DNA from: Bdellovibrionota bacterium
GTDB taxonomy: Bacteria > Bdellovibrionota_C > UBA2361 > JBGSMV01
Direction: 5' to 3'
Assembly (NCBI GenBank): GCA_041739995.1
Contig: JBGSMV010000050.1
Coordinates: 1-26,932, forward strand
DNA length: 26,932 nucleotides
A model generated the notes under the pieces. That model had not been told where the DNA came from. It did no database searches and saw only the letters and a list, made by a program, of their open reading frames with translations. The stretch's first letter is position 1, and each line of letters opens with the position of its first letter. The position numbers and the translations under genes are program-made. Positions 1-8,291 of the stretch are shown piece by piece.

Positions 1-1074
1 GGGAGAGGAGCCACGCGGCTCTCTGCTAGAGACCTCTCGGACACCAGGGCGAGAGCATTACTGGGCAAAGTTCTCTACCGCGGACCAGTCAAAGAACTCT
101 CCGATAGCGTCGAACTAATCATCGAAGACAGCACCAATAGCCTCTACCGCATAGCGCTTGGACGATACTCGGAACGGGGCGGACAGATCAGTAGGGAAGG
201 GGACTGGATACTGGTGTCTAGCCCAGGAAGAAACGCCGCAGACTTCGTACTCTCAAAACTCGCCACCGATGCGCTGCGACTAGGTCGAAGCGCCATTAGT
301 GCCCGCGACCTTGAGCGCTACGCGCTAGAGCGTGAGGCACAGGAATCTTTGCCCGCCGGCGCCACGTGGCAGAGCTACTTGGCTCGACTCACCACGCGCC
401 TAAAAAGCCTTGAAGACCTTGGTGTAGTGCGCTCCGAGAGGGAGAGTGAGTGGAGCATTCCATCCGACCTAAAGGGGGCGGTAGAGCAGGCAGAACGAGC
501 GTCTGGTAGAGAAGAAAAGAGACACCTCGCCGTCGAGCGCGGCACCGCACTACCGCTTTCACACCAAGTTAACGAGCAGGGCTACACGTGGCTTGACCAA
601 GTGTTGGTGCGCTTTGGCCCCGAGACCCACTTGGCCCCGCGCGGAGAGGCGGCAGTGGAGATATCAGAACTCCTTTCTGCGCGAACCCAAGTGCTAAAAG
701 ATAGAGGGTTCGCACTTCCCACCGACACGCAACGCGCCCAGCTTATTAGCGAAGGGAAAGATCACTTACCAGAGGAAGCTATCCCGTTCGTTCGTGGACT
801 ATTACTCCAAGGACTAATGCACGCTGCTCCTCATGTGGCACGCAGCACCGAAGAAACATTCATTGCACCAGGCGCAAAGCCTTTTAGAGGAGTAGTGGAC
901 GGGAGCCTCACCATCTCTGGGCTCCAGTACTCAGTGGTTCGAGCCCAAGGCGCGTTCACCATGGTGCCGCGCTGGGGCGCAAGAGCCGAACTCGAAAAAG
1001 GAGCGCGAGTTGAAGTGACACTAGGCAACCGCTTTTTGGTGCGGCAACAACCCACGGTTAGAGAGCGAGAATAG
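1..1074 (+). CDS. C-terminal part of a VirD2-like relaxase (DUF3363-type); 5'-truncated by the window edge
   Basis: The frame of ORF 214..1074 is open back to base 1 (GRGATRLSARD...GKVLYRGPVKELSDSVELIIED). It has DUF3363-like segments (RLKSLEDLGVV...WSIPSDL; GYTWLDQVL; AFTMVPRW) and lies directly upstream of traG. The HUH nuclease domain is not in the window. Confidence 0.65.
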   Translation, partial: GRGATRLSARDLSDTRARALLGKVLYRGPVKELSDSVELIIEDSTNSLYRIALGRYSERGGQISREGDWILVSSPGRNAADFVLSKLATDALRLGRSAISARDLERYALEREAQESLPAGATWQSYLARLTTRLKSLEDLGVVRSERESEWSIPSDLKGAVEQAERASGREEKRHLAVERGTALPLSHQVNEQGYTWLDQVLVRFGPETHLAPRGEAAVEISELLSARTQVLKDRGFALPTDTQRAQLISEGKDHLPEEAIPFVRGLLLQGLMHAAPHVARSTEETFIAPGAKPFRGVVDGSLTISGLQYSVVRAQGAFTMVPRWGARAELEKGARVEVTLGNRFLVRQQPTVRERE

Positions 1075-1091
1075 TAGGGGAGAAGCACTAT

Positions 1092-2930
1092 ATGCAGGGG
1101 GCAAAGATAGGAACACGCATTGCGGTGTTTGGAGCAGCAGTGACGCTCTTTTCGTGGGCCGGCACGTACTTAGTTGCGTACTCATTTGCCTTCTCCAAGT
1201 ACTTACCGCTTGGCACCGAAGTGGTGGGAATTCCGCTCTACGCACCATGGGCTTTCATCAGTTGGCAATTTCGGTTCTTCGAGCTTGACCCAGCGGCGTT
1301 TCAAAGCGCTGCAACTCTGGTGACTTTAGGTGCAGTGGGTGCCCTGTTCTTGGCGCGAGGAGTGAGCGAACAGGTGCAGAAAAAAGGTGCTGATACATTT
1401 GGTAGCGCGCGCTTTGCTACTGAAAAGGAACTGGAGAAGGCAGGATTCTTCGCGGACAATGGAGTGCACCTAGGCAAAAGCGCGAGCGGTAAAGTGATTC
1501 GCTACGACGGGCCAGGTCACGTGTCAGTGATTGGTCCCACAAGAGCAGGAAAGGGGGTGAACACCGTAATTCCCACTGCACTCACCTACAAAGGCTCGCT
1601 TATCGTTACCGACATTAAATCCGAAGTCTGGAACCTAACCGCACACGCCAGAAAGGAGTGGAGCGACGTACTGTATTTCAATCCCCTAGACCTCCACTCC
1701 TGTCACTACAACCCAATGCTTGCAGTGCGGCGCGGTTTTAACCCAGAAGGGGGACGCTTTAACCCAGTGGCGGACGCACAACTTATCGCCACCACCATTA
1801 TGACCGCCCCAGAGGCGGCTCAAGAACGAATGACCCACTGGGACAGAACAGGACGAGACCTTCTTACCGCCATCATCCTGTACGAACTCTACTACGGTCG
1901 ACGCAAAACTCTCGAAGCCGTGTCCGACATTCTTAACGATCCAGCAGGCGTGGACCTACGAGATCATTTGCAGCTCATGATGGACGCTCCCCCAATCTCC
2001 GAACAGGACGACCCGGGCGTGACGAAAGCAATCAAGAAGGGCGCTGGCGCTATGCTTTCTCGTGAGCCGAAAGAATTTAGCCACATTCAAAGCACCTGCA
2101 ACGGATTCCTTGGCCTGTGGTCAGACCCCATTATTTCGAAGATCTCAGAGGACTCAGACTTCGCTGTCGAAGACTTCGTGCGCGGCGCCCGGCCTGTCAC
2201 TCTGTATTTGTGCGTACCTCCAGCACACTTGGACCGCGTGCAGCCACTGTTCCGATTGTTAGTTGAGCAAATTTGCGGACGCCTAACTGAGACCATTGCG
2301 GATAGTTCGACGAGACGACGCGTATTGTTCCTGTTGGATGAATTCCCAAATCTTGGTCGCATGGAAGTGTTCGAAAAACGCGTCCCCTATATGGCCGGCT
2401 TTGGACTCTCCGCTGTAATGGTGAGCCAAGACCTTAAGCAACTAACGAGAGTGTACGGAAAGGACCACTCGCTTATTGCGAACTCGAGGGCGACACTCTT
2501 TTTCCCAACCAACGATCACGAATCAGCCGATGCAATCTCTCGTATAGTAGGAAAAGCCACGGTGGAAAAAGACAGGCGTACTATCTCTGGGAAACGAGCA
2601 TCGTTTTGGTTCGACAACGAGTCACTGTCGAAGGATGAGACTGGACGACAACTCCTTAACCCAGACGAGATACGCACACTCGAGTCAGGCACCGCACTAC
2701 TGTGCGTTGAAGGACTTCACACTGCACGCGTGAAGCGTTTTGAGTACTTCTCTGAACGCGATCTCAGTGCGCGCACAAAACAACGAATTGAGTTTCGCTC
2801 AGAAGGCTCCTACCCGTTTGGTCCGCGAGAGGACGAAGGGGAGGGGGGTGGCTCCATTGGAAAACGGCACTGGGGCATTGCGCGGCGCTCAGGCGAGATG
2901 GCTCAGTATCAAGTTGTTGAGAATAAGTAG
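1092..2930 (+). CDS. traG: Type IV coupling protein TraG/VirD4
   Basis: N-terminal TM segments, FGSARFA motif, Walker A GPTRAGKG, IVTDIKSE, Walker B LLDEFPNLG, and ETGRQLLNPDEI. Confidence 0.95.
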   Translation: MQGAKIGTRIAVFGAAVTLFSWAGTYLVAYSFAFSKYLPLGTEVVGIPLYAPWAFISWQFRFFELDPAAFQSAATLVTLGAVGALFLARGVSEQVQKKGADTFGSARFATEKELEKAGFFADNGVHLGKSASGKVIRYDGPGHVSVIGPTRAGKGVNTVIPTALTYKGSLIVTDIKSEVWNLTAHARKEWSDVLYFNPLDLHSCHYNPMLAVRRGFNPEGGRFNPVADAQLIATTIMTAPEAAQERMTHWDRTGRDLLTAIILYELYYGRRKTLEAVSDILNDPAGVDLRDHLQLMMDAPPISEQDDPGVTKAIKKGAGAMLSREPKEFSHIQSTCNGFLGLWSDPIISKISEDSDFAVEDFVRGARPVTLYLCVPPAHLDRVQPLFRLLVEQICGRLTETIADSSTRRRVLFLLDEFPNLGRMEVFEKRVPYMAGFGLSAVMVSQDLKQLTRVYGKDHSLIANSRATLFFPTNDHESADAISRIVGKATVEKDRRTISGKRASFWFDNESLSKDETGRQLLNPDEIRTLESGTALLCVEGLHTARVKRFEYFSERDLSARTKQRIEFRSEGSYPFGPREDEGEGGGSIGKRHWGIARRSGEMAQYQVVENK

Positions 2931-2938
2931 TTGTAGTT

Positions 2939-3595
2939 ATGGAACGCAATCGTTGGTCAGTACGACTTCCTGAGGAACTCGAGAAACGAGTCGAGCGCGC
3001 CGCGCTTGGAGCTGGATTGAATCGAAGCGACTACCTCAGAAAAGTATTGAGGGATTCGGTTTCTGATGCAGGAGAGAACGAAGCGTTAAAGGCTACGGTC
3101 GCAAAGCTTCATAACCGCATCACCACCCTGCAGAACTCTCTAGACATGATGCTTTCTATGCTCTCTCTTTTTGTACGGCGCTGGTACACGCACCAAAGAC
3201 CCATTACCGATAAGCGAGAGAGGTCTGTGGCTGAGGCAATTGGAGAGAGGGCGCACCGCGCGTTCTTGCGCCAACTTCTAGAAAACCCAGAGCTTGGGAG
3301 CGAACTTCTTGAGTCTGAAATTAGCGAATCCGCACAGGACGCTCAAAGCGAGGAAGGGCAGGGGAGAGAGGTTGATGAGCAGCCTGAGCCGTTTGATTTT
3401 GAACCTGCACCAGAACAACCAGCGACCATAGCCGAAGTGGCCCCTGCGGCTAGCGTGACAGACACCGCTACGTCACCCGCCGCTTTTGTCAGAGAGGATC
3501 AACGCTGGGAGGATTGGAGCGGCAACGGAGCAGCGCGGCCGGCAAAGAGAAGGTTGCAGGTGCCGGCGGGGCCGAATGTTCCGTCGCTTCGCTGA
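2939..3595 (+). CDS. CopG/ribbon-helix-helix DNA-binding protein with coiled coil and acidic low-complexity tail (probable relaxosome accessory)
   Basis: N-terminal RHH pattern WSVRLPEELEKRVERAA...NRSDYLRKVL. It follows traG directly, as the CopG gene does in Tn4371-like elements. Confidence 0.7.
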   Translation: MERNRWSVRLPEELEKRVERAALGAGLNRSDYLRKVLRDSVSDAGENEALKATVAKLHNRITTLQNSLDMMLSMLSLFVRRWYTHQRPITDKRERSVAEAIGERAHRAFLRQLLENPELGSELLESEISESAQDAQSEEGQGREVDEQPEPFDFEPAPEQPATIAEVAPAASVTDTATSPAAFVREDQRWEDWSGNGAARPAKRRLQVPAGPNVPSLR

Positions 3596-3731
3596 TGATG
3601 TGAGGGCGCCTCATCCCATTTAGTATAACAAAGCAGGTGGGGGTAAATGCGCCTGTTACACCTTCTCTAGGCTGAGGAAGAGGGGAGAACTCAAAGGTCA
3701 TTTTGTTGACGCCGCACCATCGACCAGGACC

Positions 3732-3758
3732 AGCCGCCACGCTACTCCCGTGGCGGCT
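3732..3758. terminator. GC-rich hairpin (10-bp perfect stem, 7-nt loop) overlapping the exonuclease stop codon
   Basis: AGCCGCCACG-CTACTCC-CGTGGCGGCT lies between convergent genes. There is no U-tract on either strand, so terminator function is uncertain. Confidence 0.45.
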
Positions 3759-4398
3759 AACGTACGGTGCCAAGACTTTCAAGGAGGGCACTGAGCACCC
3801 TGACCTTCGAACGCGGAAGAGTTTGCGTGAGCAGTTGAATTCCCGCCCGGCAGTCGTTCACTGCCCTATGCGCTTGAAAGGTAATTCCATATCTGCGAGC
3901 TAAGCTCATGAGACTGATTCCAGAAACTCCCTCCCTTCTCCAAGGCACGTCAGCAATCGAACATCCCCATGTAGCCTTTCTGAATACAGGGAAACGCGGT
4001 TCAAGAAAGGCCCGGTCGAACTCAGCATTGTGGGCCACTACCAACTGCACTCCGCGCAGAAGTCTCAATACGCGGCTGTCGTCTATCCGCTCCCCCCTTA
4101 CATGCTCGTCCGTAATTCCAGTGAGGGCGACTATCGTTGAGGAGAGAGGAATGCCGGGGTCCTCCAGCTGCCTAAATGGGGATCCTACAGCGAGAACTTC
4201 GCCCCCCAAGGTGTACTCAAAGGGCATCATCGCCAACTCAATGATTCGATCTACCCTTGGATCGAGCCCACTAGTCTCTACATCTACAAACAGACCTTTC
4301 TTTGAGCATCCACCATCATTCGCAGCGTCGAGCGGCAAGAACGTGAGGGCGCCCCGCTTGCAATATCGAGTACCACCTCGTGTCTTTTGCCTTACCAT
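3757..4398 (-). CDS. DEDDh 3'-5' exonuclease (DnaQ/epsilon-like)
   Basis: ExoI VDVETSGL, ExoII AHNAEFDRAFL and ExoIII HRAVNDC motifs are all intact. Confidence 0.92.
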   Translation of the reverse strand: MVRQKTRGGTRYCKRGALTFLPLDAANDGGCSKKGLFVDVETSGLDPRVDRIIELAMMPFEYTLGGEVLAVGSPFRQLEDPGIPLSSTIVALTGITDEHVRGERIDDSRVLRLLRGVQLVVAHNAEFDRAFLEPRFPVFRKATWGCSIADVPWRREGVSGISLMSLARRYGITFQAHRAVNDCRAGIQLLTQTLPRSKVRVLSALLESLGTVR

Positions 4399-4492
4399 TT
4401 CTTTAGTCCTGGCGATATTGTAGCCATACCGTTCTAGTCGGTGAGACGCGATTGCGATATTTGAGGAACACTATATTTTTACCGGTACGGCG

Positions 4493-5479
4493 ATGCACAC
4501 TGATGGTAGCAGTTTTCTTCGGCGAGCCAGGGTATTTATTCAAGCATTGAGCGCGAATGAATATCCCAACGCCTCTGTGATCATGCGGATCGATGGGTGC
4601 TCCCGCAGTACGGCGATGCGCGTTATTGATCGACTTCGGTATGAATTTGCTGTTCCGTTCGGCTTCGACGAAGCCAGACGAGGGTACTTCCTCAGAGATA
4701 GCTCCTATCGGTTTTCAACTCTCCCACCCGGGACTGACGAACTTACAGCCCTGCTTCTGATGCGCGATATGGCGCGGCTGGTCGGCTCAAAGGATCTCTA
4801 TGAAAAGGCAGACAGCTTGTGGTCCAACATCGTTCAGGGGAACCCCCGCCTAGAGCAAGACCTCAGAAGACTGGTGTCTTACTTCTCCAGCGAATCCTCT
4901 GTAGTAGTGAAACTTTCGGAGCTTCGAATACTAGATCTTCTATCAGTGGCTTCCCGCGGTGACTCGGTCTCACTTCGATATAAATCACCATGGCGAGAGG
5001 GGGAGGCTAAGGTATTTCGAGGGCAAGTGCTTCGAGTTCATCTCTCTGACGGCCTTGTGTACCTTCTATTCCATTCTGAATCCGGGCGAGAATTTGTGCT
5101 CAACGCATCCTTTATTGAGGGATTCGAGGTGCTCGACACCTCGGTATCTCTGCCATACATTTCTGACGTTGCTCAGAGAGCACACAACTGGCTCGAAGGC
5201 TTTGGGGTATGGGCCGGTGCAGCAGTCGAAACTGTAGAGGTTCGCATTCGTCCTCCTGGGGCACACTATTATGCCTCGCAAAGTTGGCACGAGGATCAAG
5301 AGGATAAATGGGAGGAGGGGCACCTGGTGCGTACTTTCCCAGCCATCCCATCGCCAGAACTGGCACGGCGATTATTAAGCCTCGGCCGATATCTCGCAGC
5401 GGTCAAACCTACGAGTATTGCAGCCCTCCTCGAGGACGATATTGCATCTCTCGCAGCACTCGTCGATAGAAGCCCCTGA
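4493..5479 (+). CDS. HTH-WYL-WCX transcriptional regulator (degenerate WYL motif)
   Basis: N-terminal wHTH (CSRSTAMRVIDRLR...FDEARRGY), central WYL-like region (LRYKSP...DGLVYL) and C-terminal WCX-like region (WHEDQE...ELARRLLSLG). It sits immediately upstream of cas3. Confidence 0.82.
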   Translation: MHTDGSSFLRRARVFIQALSANEYPNASVIMRIDGCSRSTAMRVIDRLRYEFAVPFGFDEARRGYFLRDSSYRFSTLPPGTDELTALLLMRDMARLVGSKDLYEKADSLWSNIVQGNPRLEQDLRRLVSYFSSESSVVVKLSELRILDLLSVASRGDSVSLRYKSPWREGEAKVFRGQVLRVHLSDGLVYLLFHSESGREFVLNASFIEGFEVLDTSVSLPYISDVAQRAHNWLEGFGVWAGAAVETVEVRIRPPGAHYYASQSWHEDQEDKWEEGHLVRTFPAIPSPELARRLLSLGRYLAAVKPTSIAALLEDDIASLAALVDRSP

Positions 5480-5555
5480 GCGGTTTGGACGTGTAGCGCG
5501 TCTCGATACAGGTCTTGATCGCCCCCTTGGAAGCACTATCCTGTCGTTGGAAGCG

Positions 5556-8291
5556 ATGACCACAGAGGCGAACTATTATAATTATTGGGGCAAGACTGCT
5601 CCCGCTGAGGACGGGCCGTGCCCCTTTCACCTGCTGCCGTACCATTCGCTGGACGTCGCAGCGAGCGGGTATGCTCTCTTAATGCACAACTCGGCGCTTC
5701 GGCATCGTTTGACGGAGCTCAGTGGGATAGAAGAGGATCAGCTCGTTCCTCTTCTATCGCTGAGCCTCGCCCTGCACGATCTCGGCAAATTTTCATCCCG
5801 ATTCCAAAACCTCTCTCCCAACGTTAACGCCCGCCTCGGTGGGGAACAAACCGCTCTCCCCTATTCAACAAGACACGACAGTCTCGGATTTCTGTTCATC
5901 CTGTCGACTTTTGAGGGACCTACTGGGAAGAACTTTTCCTTACTGGAGTCCAAGTGCAATCAATATGATTTTTGGGATATCGTTAGCCCTTGGTTTCGAG
6001 CCATCACTGGGCACCACGGACAGCCCCCACTAAACCCGCAGCAAGTATCGTTTGAGGCGAGCCAGCACTTCTCTGCTCAAAATACTATCGACGCACACTC
6101 ATTTTGGTCTGATCTTGAAACCCTATTCAAACGCCCTCGCTTTCCAAGCGACCTACTAGCGGAATATGAATCCTCTAGGCGCAAAGTAGCACGCCTCGCT
6201 TGGATTCTCGCTGGTTTTGCAGTGGTGGCCGATTGGCTGGGTTCGAATCGAAGCTTCTTCCCGTTCCTCGATACGCCGCTTCCGCTCTCTGAATATTTTC
6301 AAGATCGTGCGATTCCAAGCGCGGAGAGAGCCGTCTCAGTTACGGGACTCGCTCCTTCAACCCTCTTGCCTCAAGCGAATACTTCATCGCTCATTTTGGG
6401 CTCGTTTTCACCATCTCCGCTTCAGAAGGCGGCGCTTGAGGTTGAACTCTCAACTGGACCGGAGCTCTTCATCGTGGAGGACATGACCGGATCCGGAAAG
6501 ACGGAAGCGGCGCTGATTCTGACGCACCGCCTCCTCCAAGCAAACCATGGACGCGGATTCTTCTTCGGCCTTCCGACGATGGCGACATCAAGCGCCATGT
6601 ACGATCGGGTGAGCGCCCTGTATCGAGGCATGTTTGATGCATCGTCTCATCCATCTCTGGTACTCGCCCACTCCACGGCTCGCTTGAGTGACACCTTCAT
6701 GAGTTCAGTGCCTTCCGCCGATGCGTTGGTAAGTGACTACTGGGAAGGCGAGGCTACCGCAGAAGCGTTCTGTACTTCCTGGCTCGCTGACTCATCAAAG
6801 AAAGCACTGCTAGCCGACGTTGGCGTGGGAACAATTGATCAAGCACTTCTCGGTGTCCTTCCCCGAAAGTACCAGAGTCTTCGCTTATTCGGGCTCCTAG
6901 AGAAGGTGACAATTATTGATGAAGTTCATGCTTTCGATGAATTTACTCGACGTCTCATTTGTGGGTTGATTGAGTTTCAAGCTACATATGGCCGATCAGT
7001 TATTGTTCTTTCGGCGACACTACCTAGCTCCACCCGAGAAGAGCTCGTTGCTGCGTTTAACCGCGGGGTCTGCATAACAGGGCCGGTTGTGACTCCGGAC
7101 CTGTCATATCCGCTTCTTACCACAACTTCTATCTCCGGCACGCGGTTCACCCCACTCAGCACCCGAGAGGGACTCGCCCGAAAGATCGACATTCTTCCGT
7201 TTCACGACGAGTCTTCAGTGCACGCAGAGATTATTCAGCGCTCGCTTCGGGGCGAGTGTGTTTGTTGGATCAGAAATACTGTGGATGACGCAATTAGCGC
7301 CTATATTGCTCTTAAAGAGCGCATCGATGCTGAGCACTTGCGCCTTTTTCATGCGCGCTTCATTTTCGACGATCGGGATCGGATCGAGTCTGAGGTTCTC
7401 GACAGCTTCGGGCCCCGCTCAGGAGCTTTCGAGAGGCGTGGTAGAGTAGTAATTGCTACGCAGGTCATTGAGCAATCCTTAGATATCGATTTTGATTTCT
7501 TAATATCTGACCTAGCTCCCATAGATCTTCTTTTGCAACGCATGGGACGATTGCGGCGGCATTCACGAGCAGAGGACGGATCACGAGTGGAGCGAGACAG
7601 GAGGGGTGCTATCGTATTCGGGCTCCACTCCCCCCCGTACATAGAAGAACCTTCTCACACCTGGTACTCAGAAGTTTTCAAGCGATCATCTTTTGTTTAC
7701 GAGGACCATGGAAAGCTCTGGCTCGGTGCTAGGGAGCTTCTTTCTCGAGGTCAGATTGAGCTTCCGAAAGATGCCCGCTCCTTAATAGAGGCAGTGTACG
7801 GCGCAGAGGCACCGTACCCCAGCGGGATGGAGTCCGTTCGACTCAAAGCCGAGGGGGCGGAACGCGCTCGCGCCCAGCTCGGGGAGCTTGGTGTTCTTAA
7901 GCCACTCCGTGGCTATGAGCGTGGAGTAGAGTGGGGGAGTGATGACATTGTCGGCACAAGACTCGGTGATTTAAGCTTCGAGATTCGTCTGGGCGTATGG
8001 CGCGGCACCGAAGTTCAGCCTCTTAGCAGTGCGCCCAAGGGGCAATGGGTGCGGAGTGCCGTTCGCGCGCCGCGCCATAAGGTCGCACGCGCCGCGCCCC
8101 CCACTAGCGCAGCGCGACTTAAGTCCCTGGAGACAGCATCAAAGCTGCCTCTTAACAAGTTCTCCACCATCATTCCACTTGACTTTGCTGGGGATCAATT
8201 CTACGCGTCAGTGTGCAACGAGTCGGGGCGCCGGCACCAACTTGCCTACTCGCGCGAGCTTGGCCTCTACTTTCCCGAAAGGCAGAGATGA
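5556..8291 (+). CDS. cas3: Cas3 HD nuclease-helicase (type I-E)
   Basis: YWGK, HSLDVA, HDLGK, GHHG and ADWLGS (HD domain); TGSGKTE, DEVH, SAT and QRMGRLRRH (SF2 helicase). The start was moved to ATG 5556 to avoid overlap with the WYL gene. Confidence 0.97.
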   Translation: MTTEANYYNYWGKTAPAEDGPCPFHLLPYHSLDVAASGYALLMHNSALRHRLTELSGIEEDQLVPLLSLSLALHDLGKFSSRFQNLSPNVNARLGGEQTALPYSTRHDSLGFLFILSTFEGPTGKNFSLLESKCNQYDFWDIVSPWFRAITGHHGQPPLNPQQVSFEASQHFSAQNTIDAHSFWSDLETLFKRPRFPSDLLAEYESSRRKVARLAWILAGFAVVADWLGSNRSFFPFLDTPLPLSEYFQDRAIPSAERAVSVTGLAPSTLLPQANTSSLILGSFSPSPLQKAALEVELSTGPELFIVEDMTGSGKTEAALILTHRLLQANHGRGFFFGLPTMATSSAMYDRVSALYRGMFDASSHPSLVLAHSTARLSDTFMSSVPSADALVSDYWEGEATAEAFCTSWLADSSKKALLADVGVGTIDQALLGVLPRKYQSLRLFGLLEKVTIIDEVHAFDEFTRRLICGLIEFQATYGRSVIVLSATLPSSTREELVAAFNRGVCITGPVVTPDLSYPLLTTTSISGTRFTPLSTREGLARKIDILPFHDESSVHAEIIQRSLRGECVCWIRNTVDDAISAYIALKERIDAEHLRLFHARFIFDDRDRIESEVLDSFGPRSGAFERRGRVVIATQVIEQSLDIDFDFLISDLAPIDLLLQRMGRLRRHSRAEDGSRVERDRRGAIVFGLHSPPYIEEPSHTWYSEVFKRSSFVYEDHGKLWLGARELLSRGQIELPKDARSLIEAVYGAEAPYPSGMESVRLKAEGAERARAQLGELGVLKPLRGYERGVEWGSDDIVGTRLGDLSFEIRLGVWRGTEVQPLSSAPKGQWVRSAVRAPRHKVARAAPPTSAARLKSLETASKLPLNKFSTIIPLDFAGDQFYASVCNESGRRHQLAYSRELGLYFPERQR

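Noticed and set aside
1..3756. oriT near the relaxase and coupling genes
   Set aside because: No recognisable nic consensus with an adjacent inverted repeat was found; it may lie upstream of the window.
4458..4471. Minus-strand GTGTTCCTCAAATA, 12/14 identical to the repeat 5' end, in the DEDDh-WYL gap (possible regulatory mini-array)
   Set aside because: It lacks the 3' arm of the hairpin, the ATGAACCG handle and a second repeat copy.
5418..5555. Extended N-termini predicted for cas3 (and similarly for cas8e, cas6e, the SH3 protein and M23)
   Set aside because: They overlap upstream genes and precede the family-typical N-terminal motifs; downstream ATGs with coupling or an RBS fit better.
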